The notes below the pieces were generated by a model. It was not told where the DNA came from and did no database searches. It saw only the letters and a program-made list of their open reading frames with translations. Below are positions 36,801 to 50,786 of a stretch of 64,000 bases of DNA, in pieces. The stretch is from Octopus vulgaris (Eukaryota): contig OX597822.1 of assembly GCA_951406725.2 (NCBI GenBank), forward strand, positions 78,306,001 to 78,370,000, written 5' to 3'. The first letter of the stretch is position 1. Every line of letters begins with the position of its first letter. Position numbers and translations under genes: made by a program.

Positions 36801-36965
36801 ATTGGACTTCGATTCCTAATGCAGTGTAAACTAAACAATGTTAATGCTACTTCACCTTTATCCTGGTACTCGCTTGCTTTGCATTGATGAGAACTACGAA
36901 GTCAAGACCATGATTTACTTTCGGTGTACTACGTACATCAAACGAAAGATTAGCACAAATGCACG

Positions 36966-37129
<164 letters not shown>

Positions 37130-37139
37130 TATTATTTTT

Positions 37140-37475
37140 CTTTTACTTGTTTCAGTCATTTGACTGTGACCATGCTGAAGCACCGCCTTTAGTCGAACAA
37201 ATCGATCCCATGACTTATTCTTTGTAAGCCTAGTACTTAATTTATCGGTCTCTTATGCCGAACCGCTAACTGACGGGGACGTAAACACACCAGACACACA
37301 AACACACACACACACACATACATACGACGGGCTCCTTTCAGTTTCCGTCAGCCACATCTACTCACAAGGTTTTGGTCGACTCGAGGTTATAGTAGAAGAC
37401 ACTTGCCCAAGGTGCCACGCAGTGGAACTGAACCCGGAACCATGTGGTTGGTAAGCAAACTACTAACCACGCAGT
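37140..37475 (-). mobile_element. SINE family A
   Basis: Reverse complement of the family A consensus. Confidence 0.85.
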
Positions 37476-37500
37476 CATTATGTATATATGTATGAATGTA

Positions 37501-39777
37501 TGTATGTATAAAAGAGAGATTCTACCCGTTTGTATGTTTGTTTGTCCCATAAAACGAAACTAATCGGTTCAAAGGAAGCAACACTAATTGTGCTTCAATA
37601 AAGTCTTCTGTATTATGGTATCATGTGAAAACACTTCTACTTTCGACAAATATAAGATCGAAGCTTTCAAGAGATCAACCAGCTGAACTATTTACAGAGC
37701 AGCTTCTGAAACTCCGTGAAGAGAGAGTTCCAATTGATGAAGAACAGTTTCTAACACTCAATCGAAAATGTAATTTAACTGATTCCGTCGATGATTTGAT
37801 GGATGTAATATTTCCCAATCTTCTTCATAATTACAACAATGCTGATTAGATCTGTGTGCGAGCTATACTGACTCCAAAAAATGTTGCTGTACATAGCATT
37901 AATAATATGCTATTGAATAAAACTTCTGGGAGAAATATTCACTTATAACTCAAATGACAGGGTTGTTGATAATCAGGATATTGTTAACTACCCCATCAAA
38001 TTTTTGAACTCACTACAACCACCAGGTACGATTCCTCATCATCTTCAGCTGAAAAGAATGGACTCATATTATGCTGTTGCGTAATTTGTCTCAGCCAAAA
38101 TCATGCAAAGGTACAAGATTAACTTATGACAAACTGCATTGAGGCAAATATTATCACTGGCTGTGCTAAAGGTGAGACCATCTTCATTTCTCACATACCA
38201 GTTATACTATCTAATATCTCATTCCAATTTAAGCGGTTACAATTTCCTATGCGAGTTTTTTTTTTTTTTTTGCCATGAGCATTAATAAAATTCAGGGCCA
38301 AACACTAAAAGTTATTTGAACAACCATGCTTCTCACATGGCCAACTTTATGTAGGAGCATCACATGTGGGAACAAAAGCAAATCGTTTTGCTTATGCACC
38401 CCGAAATAATTTTTTAAAAACCATTGTTTATAAAGAAATATTCGGTCTAATGCAACATGAATACTTCAATAACTTAATTTATCATTACTATTGTTATATT
38501 CAAGATTGAGTAAATTACATATTTAAATGAACTGTATTATATAATTGCCATTACTGTATGGATAAATACAATAAAACATACAACTCACTTATTATTATAT
38601 AATAAACAAACAGAAGTTTATATATGAAACTGATTTTTTTTTTTCTACTGCAATTATTTTGTGAGATGGAGGCTTTCAAGAGACCAATCAGCTGAGCTAT
38701 TTGCAGAGCAGCTTCTGAAGCGTGGTGAAGGATGAGTTCCAATTGATAAAGAACAGGTTCTTACACTCAATCCAATATGTAATTTAACTGATTCCGTCGA
38801 TGATTCGGTGGATGAAATTTTTCCTAATCTTTTTCATAATTACAACAATACAGATTTGATCTGTGAACGAGCTATGTTACTGAACATAGTATTAATAATA
38901 TGCTATTGAATAAACATCCAAGAGAAATATTCACTTATAACTCAACTGATAGGGTTGTTGATGATCAGGATAAGTTTTGAACTCACTACAACCATCAAAT
39001 ACAGTCCTCATGGTCTTCAGCTGATAAAATGGACTCCTATTATACTATTAAATAATTTGCCTCCACCAAAATTATGCAATGGTACAAGATCAATTGTGCA
39101 CAAACTCATGAGGAACTGCATTGAGCAAATATTCTCACAGGCTGTGGTAAATGTAAGACGGTCATCATTTCTCAAATACCAGTTATACCATCTAATGTCC
39201 CATTCCAATTTAAGTGGTTACAGTTTCCTATCCCACTTTCTTTTGCCATGAGCATTAATAAAAATCAGGACCAAACACTAAAAGTTGCTGGATTGCAACT
39301 TGAACAACCATGCTTCTCACATGGCCAACTTTATGTACGAGCATCATGTGTGGGAGCAAAAGTAAATCTTTCTGCTTATCCCCACCCCCTCGAAATAAAA
39401 CAAAATCATTGTTTATAAAGAAATATTCACTCTTAATGCAACATGAATACTTCAGTAACTGAATTTGCCATTACTATCATTGCTTTCAAGATTGAGTAAA
39501 TTAACTATTCGAATGAAGTGTATTATATAATTGCCATTACTGTATTGATAAATAAAATAACACATACAACTCAATTATTATTATTATCATATAATAAACA
39601 AACAGAAGTTCATGTATGAAATTAATCTTTCTTTCTACTCCAGTTATTACATATGTTTTTTCTTATAAAGATACAAACATACAGGAGGAGTAAATTATAT
39701 ATATAATAATACTTTGAATGTGGCTCCCGAGAAACAGTAAAAGTAATTACCCGATCATCGACGGGTATTACTGCTAG
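37501..39777 (+). mobile_element. Decayed Helitron with a duplicated PIF1-helicase C-terminal segment
   Basis: Motifs [48 protein letters not shown] and CFSHGQLYV, present in two blocks (about 37620-38450 and 38670-39435). 3' hairpin tacccg..cgggta then CTAG(39774-39777)+T. 5' end approximate. Confidence 0.9.
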
Positions 39778-40633
39778 TATATGTGTGCGTGTGTGTATTC
39801 AATTTTAAGATGAGACTTCACATCTCACAGTTATTAGTTTCACATCTCTATTCTCAGGCAGCTAAGATGGTATGTTGAGATTAAAGGGAGATTCAACAGA
39901 TATTTCAAGCTGGTGGAGTGAGTACTTAGAGGCTTCTGCGCGCATGCGTGTATGCTAGTTTATGAGCGTAAATTTGCAGTAACGTATGTTTGTGTGCATA
40001 TGTATGTATTTATGTATGCATGTATGTATGTATGTATGTATGTATGTATGTATGTGTGTGAGTATGTGTATGTCTTTATGTGTGTGTGTATGTAAGTGTA
40101 CGTGTGTGAGTCAACATGCGCACACAAAAGAACGTCAGCAGGAAGTGACTTATTTATAATTTCCTGTCGGAATAGATATTTACTTTTGTTTTGTTGCTTG
40201 ACCTAAGTTCAATATTCAATATTGATCAAACTGACCACGGTGATCAAGAGCATTCTACCTGTGACCATCCCTTTTTTTTTTTTTTGTTTCTTGCTTTTGA
40301 TCTTTGTCATTTGAATCACAGTCACCGATTTTATTGAAAATTTTTTACAGATGATGTTGTTTTGTATGCCAATTACGAAAAGAAAACCACAACCATTTTC
40401 CAGAGAAACTAATAATAATAAAAAATCATGAACTTTAAAATATGGAAGTTTTTTGTAATTTTAACCAATTAACTCTTTTGTTTTTCCACGCTGTCTCCTC
40501 CTCCTCCATCACCACAACCCTGTGCCAATAATTTCGTAGTCTCCATCGTCTTATATTTCCTTTCTAACACGGCAGAGTATACTTCCAGGCAAAATTGACA
40601 GCTATTCCTAGCAAGTTGAGTAACACATGCAGA

Positions 40634-40803
40634 CAGTGGCGGACTGGCCAGGTTGCCAGCTTGCCTGGTGGCAAGTGAACCCCAGCGCCATTAGAATCCA
40701 TATATGGGGGCCACCCTTAGTATTTCAGGGGCCCTTCTACTGAACTTTGAGAATTTTTTATTCACTCCTGGAATAATGCATTAATTATTTCAGTCTGGCT
40801 GTG
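40634..40803. mobile_element. Degenerate hAT-like MITE
   Basis: Ends cagtggcggactg / cagtctggctgtg. Confidence 0.4.
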
Positions 40804-40847
40804 TTTGTAGACATTTGAAAAGAATACTTTTAATAAAACATAAATAA

Positions 40848-41248
40848 GGAATGGTTGTGGGTAAGTAGCTTGCTTACGAACCACATGGTTCCGGGTTCAG
40901 TCTCACTGCGTGACACCTTGGGCAAGTGTCTTCTACTATAGCCTCGGGCCGACCAAAGCCTTGTGAGTGGATTTGGTAGACGGAAACTGAAAGAAGCTTG
41001 TCGTATATATGTATATGTATATGTACGTGTGTGTATATGTTTGTGTGTCTGTGTTTGCTCCCCCCCCAACATCGCTTGATAACCGATGCCGGTGTGTTTA
41101 CGTCCCCGTAACTTAGCGGTTCAGCAAAAGAATCGATAGAATAAGTACTAGGCTTACAAAGAATAAGTCCTGGGGTCGATTTGCTCGACTAAAAGAGCGG
41201 TGCTCCAGCATGGCCACAGTCAAATGACTGAAACAAGTAAAAGAGTAA
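40848..41248 (+). mobile_element. SINE family A
   Basis: Canonical sequence. Confidence 0.9.
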
Positions 41249-41399
41249 AGCATTGTAGTTGCGGGTGGGCTCCCTTGTAGTTGCGGGTAGACCCCCTTGT
41301 AGTTGCAGGTGAGCCCCCTTAATCTCCTGGCAACCAAGTCCGTCATTGCATACAGAAGCTTCCATTACTGATTGCCTGCCAACCTTTTGGAGTCGATAA

Positions 41400-41822
41400 A
41401 ATAAGGCCAGACATTTTAGTGGAAGAGCTAAGTCGATTACATCTACCCCAGTACTCAATAGGTGCTTATTATATAGAACTCCGAAAAGGCGAAGTCGACC
41501 TCAGTGAAACTTAAACTCAGGACGTAAAGCCAGAAAGAATGCCACTAAGTATTTTGTCCGGCATTCAAACGATTCTTCCAGTCCGCTGCTTTAAGCAGCA
41601 GAAAATAATGGTTTCAAATTTTGGCACAGGGCCAACAGTTTCGGGTGACGGATTAAGCCGACTATATCGACCCCAGTAATCAACTGGTACTTATTTTATC
41701 GACTCTGAAAGGATGAAAGGTGAAGTCGACCTCGGTGAAACTTGAACTCAAGACGTAAAGCCGGAAGGATTGCTGCGAAGCATTTTGTCGACATTCTAAC
41801 GATCTCGTCAGCTCGCTGCCTT
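41400..41822 (-). mobile_element. Two diverged SINE B copies in tandem
   Basis: Reverse-complement gaaaggatgaaagg..aagtcgacctc core occurs twice. Confidence 0.75.
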
Positions 41823-42644
41823 ATGCAGCAGGAAATAATAATATTTGTTAAATGTATGGGAAAATAACCTCAGAAAGACTTATACAGTTTCAAATATAAT
41901 CGATCCTCAACAATTTCCCTCGAAAGGAAACTAATAGATTAATTATTTCTCGTGTTTTCTAGAGATAGACTATTGCTTTAGTTTGTTCAAGTCTCCATGC
42001 TTAAATCCATTTCCTCCTGTACAAGACTCAACAAATGGTAAATTCTATTGAAAAATTTCTAGCTCGCACAAGCATGACATTTTAAATGTCATTACGGCAT
42101 CAACTTGTTAAATCCTGTCATATTTGACTGCTTACCATCTCTGGCGTCTGTAGTGTTTCGCAGGAGTGAGTCATCAGTAGCATAGGAAACAGTCGGAATT
42201 TTCAGAATTGTTTTTAAGAATATTTTATTCTTACTCTGTTGACAGAGCGAATCTACAGTCTGTTTTTCAAATAGATAGCACCACAACTTCCCAATCGTCA
42301 TCATCATCATCATCATCATCATGTATTCATCATCATCGTCGTCGTCGTCGTTGTCGTTATCATTATCATCACTCTCATTACTATTGAAGGTTGTTCTTGC
42401 ATTATTATTTACGCCCATGGTCGCAGACATAGTTGTGTTGTTAAGATGTTCACTTTGCAAACACGAAGTTTCCTTTTCAGTCCCGAAACCGGATTTTTTT
42501 CTGTTTGGCAGCCACTTTTCAATTTCATCAATTTTGTTCCAGTTAATTTCAAAATTTGGTGTAATGATGTAGTTTTGTACAGTAATTAATGACATAAAAT
42601 TCAATTTCGCCATAAATCAATAAGCAAAGAGTTAATAGCTTTTA

Positions 42645-43030
42645 TCTCTCTCTATATAAACGGCAGTTTGTCTGTGCGTGTTTCTGTGTGTCTGTTTTCT
42701 CGTACCCTCACCCTGACCACGGCTTTCAACCGATTCTGATGAAACTTGACACACACATAGCCCAATGTCATAATTCAAAACTAACGCAGCGAAAATTTTG
42801 AAAAGTTCGCCCAGTTCTGAAAAAAATCGATAAATTCGACATGGGGTCGAGAATCAGAAACCCAAACCACAGACCGTCTAGGGGACGCAACTCCACCTTT
42901 TTTAACTCTCAAAAAAAAATTTACCATCATTTTTTTTCCATTTTTTTGCTATTTTTTGGCTATAACTCTCTAAAAATGCTTTATAGTTATTTCCCTTACA
43001 AACCTGAGCAACGCCGGGCGATACTGCTAG
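42645..43030 (+). mobile_element. Non-autonomous Helitron
   Basis: Starts A|TC(tctctctatataaa), has an internal (tgtc/tgtg) tract and subterminal hairpin cctgagcaacgccggg, and ends CTAG|T. Confidence 0.85.
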
Positions 43031-43334
43031 TAGTTTATAAATTTTGAGTAATTTTAGCCAATTGTTAGACACAGATACATTCATGCCTGTTTCCATAGTA
43101 ACAAGCCAAATGTTGGCACTCTCTTGTTTAAAAAAAAAAAACCTGTCTTTACAAAAAACTGAAAACGTGTGATTACGAAATATTTTATTTATATAGAGTT
43201 TCTTCTGCTCTTAAAACTAGAAAATATGTTGCTTGTTCTTTTTTTTTCCTGAATTAAATTGAATACTCAAAACTACAAAATATGTGTTGGTAGACTGAAA
43301 TTGTGTGGAAAGCCATCGTGTGTCTGAATACATA

Positions 43335-43894
43335 CATGGTTATCGAGCTGCCCCCTCGTTATCGAGTATGGCCATTGCATGAAGTTTAATCAATGTTGTT
43401 ATCGTGCAATGCCTGTGCAAGAAGATTTTTTTAAAGTGAGGAAAGGCTGTTCACTGAGTCATTCCCACTCACTAAGCAACAGCAGCCATAATCCGAAAAG
43501 AAGAACAAGTCAACATCATCGGTAACCACTGAACTGCAGGTTTTATTTCGGAGTTATCCCAGTTACCTGAGTTACCTTCACCTAGAAGGATACCCTAACA
43601 AAGGCTAGGAGTCTTTCACTCCCAATGGTTTAACCGCGCGATCGGGTATTCAGTCCGATTATGTCTATGTCCCCGCGCATGATACAGCCTTAAGCCATAT
43701 ATTGGATGACCGATGACTCTCAAAAGTTCCTCCGCCCTTTGACGGATTTTGTTTTTCATCCCGCAGGGTGACCAATAAACACCCTCCTCACCAAGCAAGC
43801 TTGGTGGGGTTGCCGGTTTAGTTGCCGACGACCCAACCATGCAACAGGTTGTACTGGGTTACATGTTACCAGTAGCACTCGAAAGTGACCTGAC
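43335..43894 (-). mobile_element. Family D retroposon, copy 2
   Basis: Homologous to 21643-22180, with an extra hairpin caccaagcaagcttggtg. Confidence 0.75.
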
Positions 43895-43910
43895 ATATAT
43901 ACATACATAC

Positions 43911-44022
<112 letters not shown>

Positions 44023-44105
44023 AGAGAGAGAGGGGGAAGTGTGTGTGAGAGAGAGAGAGAGAAAGAGCGAGGGTAAAATTTCGGGCCTTGTGCCTAGGAT
44101 AGAAA

Positions 44106-44212
44106 AGAGTACAGAAAGTCAAGACTCAGTATCAGAAAGCCAAGATTCGGAGTACAGGAAGCCAATGCTAAGAATACAGAAAGCCAAGGCTCAGAGTACA
44201 GAGAGTCACAAC
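44106..44212. repeat. Degenerate ~22-bp tandem repeat, about 5 copies
   Basis: agagtacagaaagccaagactc-like units. Confidence 0.75.
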
Positions 44213-44720
44213 CTAACCGGTGCTCTAAATACTCTACCAATCGATCACCTTTATTTTAGATACATTGTGTGAAAATAAAAGGATAATCAGAGCTGGATTA
44301 CCTTACATCATAGGATTGCTCGACCATGGCTGGCCTGTTTAACGCTGTGATTTTGAACTTAGAAACCAAACATCCGGAACAAATACAGCAAAGTGTGTGT
44401 CCGATACTCAAAAGATTTGCAAATTTACTACTTCAAATAAGCCCAATAAGAGTAATTAGTAGGTTTGAAAAAGTAAGTTCGGGGTCGGGTTATTCGACTA
44501 AAAGCCTCGAGGCGGTGCACCAGTATGGCCGCGAGGCTTTCGGTCAAGCAAAATTTACTGAAACAAGTAAAAAAAAAATAAAACATGTAAAAGATGCTTT
44601 GATACGACGTAATTTGGTGAAAAGGGGGCGCTGCGGTACAAACGAGAGAGAATCAAGGACGGAGACGATCTTGTCTGGTATCTTTTCTTTAATTAATGTT
44701 TGTGAAGGAAATGCTAGCAG

Positions 44721-44791
<71 letters not shown>

Positions 44792-44971
44792 GTGATGGTG
44801 GTGGTGGTGGTGGTGGTGGCTTTGTGTGATGTGTGGTAGAAAAAGGAAAACATTTTAGTAGCCAATAATAGCGAATAAGAATTGAGGTTTCGTCAGCCAT
44901 CAGAGATTGGTAAGCACAAAACGACTATATATGTGTGGTTATGTGTGAGTGTGTGTATATGTATGTATGAG

Positions 44972-45017
<46 letters not shown>

Positions 45018-45206
45018 TATGTGTGTGCGCATGTGAGAGGTATCCCATATGGTTATGTTTTTGTACTTACATGCACAACACACACACTTCACATTGATAC
45101 GGCAGCGTGTGAAAAATATTCAACTTTTATTGTGGTTCGTGTTATGAAAGCGAATAGCACGAATTGTTAATTAGAAATATAAAACCTCTCTCTCTAACTC
45201 TCTCGC

Positions 45207-45243
<37 letters not shown>

Positions 45244-45564
45244 CTCTGTCTCTTCCCCCCTCTCTTTCACTCTTTTCCACTCTGTCTCTCCCCCCCCTCT
45301 CTCTCTATGATGTGTATGTATGTATACATAGGTATGTATTTATGCTTAGATGTATTTAAGTATATAAGTATGTATGTATGGCGAATGAATGAGAAAGGGT
45401 TGTTCAGTACATGTAGAGAATATGGAGTTTTTCTTTTCTATTAAAACTGAAGCAGAGACTTCAGTCTCGTAACTCGAGTCTCTTTCCACACCTATCTAGA
45501 CGTTTAGTGTTGACTATCGGGAAAATTAGTACTCGATACCATAACAGAGATTACTCTTTTACTC

Positions 45565-45794
45565 CTTTACTTGTTTCAGTCATTTGACTGCGGCCATGCT
45601 GGAGCACTGACTTTAGCCGAGCATATCGACCCCAGGACTTATTCCTTAGAAGCCTAGTACTTATTCTATCAGTCTATTTTGCCGAACCGCTAAGTTACGG
45701 GGACGTAAACACACCAGGAGGACAAACACAAATACACAAACATACGCACACACGTACATATATATGTGTGTTTGTGTGTGTGTGTTTGTGTGTA

Positions 45795-45825
<31 letters not shown>

Positions 45826-45995
45826 AAGAGAGATACGGGCTTCTTTCAGTTTCCGTCTACCAAATCCACTCACAAGGCTTTGGTCGGCCCGTGGCTATAG
45901 TAGAAGACACTTGGCCAAGGTGCCACGCAGTGGGACTGAACCCGGAACCATGTGGTTGGTAAGCAAGCTACTTACCACACAGCCTCTCTTACGAT
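45565..45995 (-). mobile_element. SINE family A
   Basis: Reverse-complement canonical copy. Confidence 0.9.
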
Positions 45996-46195
45996 TAATA
46001 ACATTTATCTATTGGTCGAGCAAGTATCTTTCTACTCCGATTTTCGCTTGTAGATGCAAGTCGTGTAGTCAAGTCATGACTTGACTGAAGACCCTTTGTA
46101 CTGAAGGTGAAAAAGAGAGTAACAGGAGACTGAACTGACCACAATATAATCTCTGTGTGTCTGTGTTTATATACATACATACACTTAAACAAAAA

Positions 46196-46237
<42 letters not shown>

Positions 46238-46244
46238 TCCTAAA

Positions 46245-46643
46245 GGCGTAGGAGTGGCTGTATGGTAAGTAGCTTGCTTACCAACCACATGGTTCCGGGT
46301 TCAGTCCCACTGCGTGGCACCTTGGGCAAGTGTCTTCTACTATAGCCACGGGCCGACCAAAGCCTTGTGAGTGGATTTGGTAGACGGAAACTGAAAAGAA
46401 GCCCGTCGTATATATGTATATGTATATATATATGTGTGTGTGTGTTTGTGCGTCTGTGTTTGTCCTCCCAACATCGATGCTAGTGTGTTTACATCCCCGT
46501 AAACTAGCGGTTCGGCAAAAGAGACCGATAGAATAAGTACTAGGCTTACAAAGAATTAATCCTGGGATTGATTTGCTCAACTAAAGGCGGTGCTCCATCA
46601 TGGCTGCAGTCAAATGACTGAAACAATCAAAAGAATAAAAGAA
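46245..46643 (+). mobile_element. SINE family A
   Basis: Canonical copy. Confidence 0.9.
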
Positions 46644-46708
46644 TATATATTCTTAGTGTATTGGAGTATCCCAACGGATTATAATGTAATCCTTGTATTG
46701 TCTTTTTT

Positions 46709-46813
46709 CATCCCCTGATGATTTTCACACAAGGTATATATGCAAGCTTATATATTTATATATGTTTTGTTGTTTGAATTGGATGCGAAATGAAACAATT
46801 GTAGGTGAAGATG
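46709..46813 (+). ncRNA. Type I hammerhead-like motif, intact core, long loop II
   Basis: CAUCCC-CUGAUGA-UUUUCACA...UGCGAAAU-GAAA-CAAUUG-UA^-GG(UGAA)GAUG; palindromic stem III, bulged stem I. Confidence 0.6.
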
Positions 46814-47199
46814 TTAATTAATTAATAAATTAATTTGCATCCATTGGATACAAATTAAAAAACTCAATTCAATAACACCGTTTACAAACTCTATGCTTGG
46901 AATGACCAATTTTAAATACTATTGGAACGTACTCACAAGGTACAGGAGTCTTATATGTATACCATTCTGCCTAAATAATGGAACTGCAGATGCAATATCC
47001 CTGCATATCCCACGTCTATTTTATTTCTCCACTTGACTCTCTATTTCATATCTTATCTAGAATAACTATTGCTTAACCATCTTCTCACACCGTCTCAGGC
47101 GAAGAGATATATATAATATCCTGGAAACAGCTGTATTACCTTCTCTTTATAAATGTTCTGAAATCTTTCACAGCCTTGGATTTTATCTCATTCTGTTAA

Positions 47200-47252
<53 letters not shown>

Positions 47253-47380
47253 CGGGAAGCTTTATGAAAATAAACAAAAGACGAAGGCAGGTTTACGGAA
47301 ATAAATAAAAGACGAAGGCAGGTGGAATACAAACAAACAATTGTATTAGTATGGCGCTCAGGAAATATAAATAAAACAAG

Positions 47381-47418
47381 TCTTTAACGTTTCGAGCCTA
47401 CGCTCTTCAACAGAAAGA
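47381..47418 (-). ncRNA. Minimal type I hammerhead variant (CUGUUGA core)
   Basis: UCUUU-CUGUUGA-A-GAGC-GUAG-GCUC-GAAA-CG-UU^-AAAGA; stems I and II perfect. Confidence 0.6.
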
Positions 47419-47501
47419 TACACAGAGAAGAAACACAGAAAGAAGGAGAGAAAAAAATGCGTGCAGAGGCTAGCGAATCAACATGGCGATCTATCTATCT
47501 A

Positions 47502-47577
<76 letters not shown>

Positions 47578-48289
47578 CATACATATATATACACATAGGC
47601 ATATGCATTACACTCTTTATGGTGCTCCCGTGACATTTACTTCTCCCTTGCGAACTCACAACCTCACCAAGGGGCAGGGGTACTAACGCTCAGATTAAGC
47701 ACCACAGATCTAAAACAACCTTAACACCCACCACCAACACAACTTCAAGTTTCAGCCCCACAAACCCGAACCAAATGGTAACATCTACAAGATCGCTCGG
47801 TCTGCGAGAATTAGCAACTAAATCTCCTTCCTTCAAATCACCATATACCGTCTCAGAAAAAGAAAACACGTTGAATAATGCGTTTCTAGATCCCATATAA
47901 GTAAGAGAAAAAAAGAGAAGGAAATGGTCTCGATTGGAATATCTTCGATTATTTTGTTTGCTCAAATAATACTGGCCTAGAGGAGGCTGTTTTATTGCAA
48001 GTGTCGAAATTGTAGCGATATTTGTTTGATCAGTCGACAACTGATGAGGGATGTCCTCGTCCATCATATATTTTTCTTGTTTTTCCGTATGTTACTTTGT
48101 CGTCACTTAGCGTCAGACTTTTATTAATTCAACTATTACTAATTCAATCACCAACAACTTCTACAACCATAACCAACCAACAGTAGTCTGACAGTCAGTA
48201 TCATTAACACCTTCAACACCATCAACGCTACACTGACGTTCATCCTTCATGTTGCTGAAGATGACCAGATCAGCAACTTTGCTCTTCTC

Positions 48290-48775
48290 TTTGTGAGCCC
48301 CGGGGTGGATTTTTAGGCCAATATTGGCATAAAAATCCATGGTTACATTAGCAGCACATAATAGCAGAATTAGAAACCATTGGGACTTTTGCTTCATGTT
48401 CAGCCCTCCTCTCTTTAGTTTCTCTGATCATTTCTGATTCTGACTGCTGTACTCTAGAATATACAAACACTAGGCCACAGTGAGTGATCTTGAGCAAGAT
48501 GTTCCCAAACAGACCTCAAGTTTCACATTTTCAAAGTAATTTTGAGTCTTTGTATCTCTATTTTGATCCACTACGTGACCAAGAGCAAACTGCTAGTTCA
48601 TCAAAGACTATCTGTTTCGGAATTCTGGAGTTGAGTATGCACGTTACATGCCCACCATATCGCAGTTGGGGTTTCCTTAAGAAAGCATACCTGCTTCACC
48701 TATTAGCTCCCCCTGGAACAATAGTATTAAGAGTTTTCTCTAAGCACTTGGTGATGAGAATTTTTTGCAAGCACG
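48290..48775 (-). pseudogene. RTE LINE C-terminal remnant
   Basis: Minus-strand translation LRKPQLRYGGHVTCILNSRIPKQIVFDELA...RYKD matches RTE QLRWAGHVxRMxDxRIPKQxxxGEL. Confidence 0.7.
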
Positions 48776-48784
48776 TTGGTTCGA

Positions 48785-49150
48785 CTAATATATTCTACGG
48801 ATGTGAAAACTGGAAAGAGACAGAAATGGGATGGGGGAATGGACAGCTACTGACTCACACACTTAAGGAGGATACTCGACATCAAATGGCTACAAAGTGC
48901 GAAACGATACAAGTGAGACGATAACGGGCATCAACAGGATCAGTGACGAAATAAAACGCAGACGCTCGGACTGTATGGTGGCACTAAAGTTAGACCCTGA
49001 GGAAAAGAGCACCAAAGTGGCCTAAAACTGCACGGCGAAGGACCATTGAGAAGGAAAGGCGATAAGAAAAGTGGAGAAGTTAGAATAAAGCCAAAACAGT
49101 GGTTGCAGAGATCGTGTAGCGGCCTTATGTGCCTCATGGCACAGAGGGAG
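48785..49150 (+). pseudogene. Second RTE LINE 3' remnant, opposite orientation
   Basis: FYGCENW, HTL, PKTARRRTIEKE and VAALCASWH motifs, with frameshifts. Confidence 0.65.
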
Positions 49151-49661
49151 CTAACTTACTACGTTAAGTGAAAGGGGTTATGTCGTTTTTTCGTTGCTCA
49201 TCTTAAGGGTAGCTTGGCCAGGTTTTACATCCGTAAAATTGTGTAGTCACCACAATAGTTTTGCACACATCAAGTACCAACATCATCATCAACAGCAACA
49301 ACAACAACACGAAGCACACGGTTACCACGATCAATACCACAGCATTATCACTAATACTGCCATCACCACCACCGCTGCCATCGACACCGCCAAGACCATC
49401 ACAACCATTCTACACATAGTATTTGACACAGCTGGAATGGTTTCTATAATACGATGACCATTATTTTAATGGTTTCAGCAGCTGTTGACATCAAAGTGTT
49501 TACCCGTCTGATAAGAGGAACTTCGAGATTTGATGAGGATAAAGATAAAGAATTGGAGCAGGAAATGAGTTAGTTTTTTTTTAATCTTTTTTTTTTTATA
49601 TATTTCTGAACTCTAAATAAAACCTCCAGGTATATCGGTATGGCTATCTATCTGTCTGTTG

Positions 49662-49735
<74 letters not shown>

Positions 49736-49833
49736 AGATATATATACGTGCGGGTATATATATGTTTATATATTTATGTGTGTGTCTCTGTGTGTGTATG
49801 CATTTAACTATGCATGGACGTATGTGTGTGTAT

Positions 49834-49910
<77 letters not shown>

Positions 49911-50479
49911 GATATATATATATACACACATAGGCACACACACTCGCACGTGCGCGTGAGCATTTATGCGACACAATATTTTGGGAAGTTACTTCCCCTC
50001 TATATCCACCGGCACCATCATGTGTGTGTGTGTGTGTGTGTGACCATCTCGCTCACTCGACCACTACTACCACCAAGACTACTATACACCACTGCCATCA
50101 ACATGGCACACACAATCTTACTCTCGCCTTTACAATATGAAAGCTGCATCAACATAAATTTGGATTATGTGTAGATGGTAACATATGCTGAACGTAATAT
50201 CTATAAACCCGTTTTCTGCTTTTTTTTTCATATTAAACATAATTCTATAAGAATGAGAAGTATATGAAATAATATTTTGTTTCACTAAAGTATTATTTTA
50301 CCCTTTTATCCTTTGCTGGTTTCAATCATTGGACAGCGGCCACGCTGGGGGATCAGTTTGAACAGAACGACTCCAGTATTTATTTTAAAAGTCTGATAAT
50401 TATTCTGTCCGTGTTTTTTGCGGAACTGTGAGGTTACGGGGCGTAGACACATCAACACCAGTTGTCAAGCGGTGGGCGA

Positions 50480-50528
<49 letters not shown>

Positions 50529-50786
50529 CGACCTTGGCAGAATTTGAACTCAGAACGTAAAGAGCTGGAAGAAATACCGTTAAGCATTTTGCCTGACGTG
50601 CTAACGATTCTGCCAGCTTGCCGCCTTAAGGCTACTCCTCATTATTGGACACATTTGTTTTATTATCATCACAGTCTGAATTCCTTTTAAATAAACTTAA
50701 AGTTTGTCTGTTCCCTACGTAGCTTTTAGTCCGCTAGAAATAGCAGGGGCCACAGGGGTCTCAAAAGTTTTGTTTTTTCTACATAA

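Noticed and set aside
44612-44634. CTCF site (agggggcgctg)
   Set aside because: Only the 3' half matches; the 5' CC core is absent.
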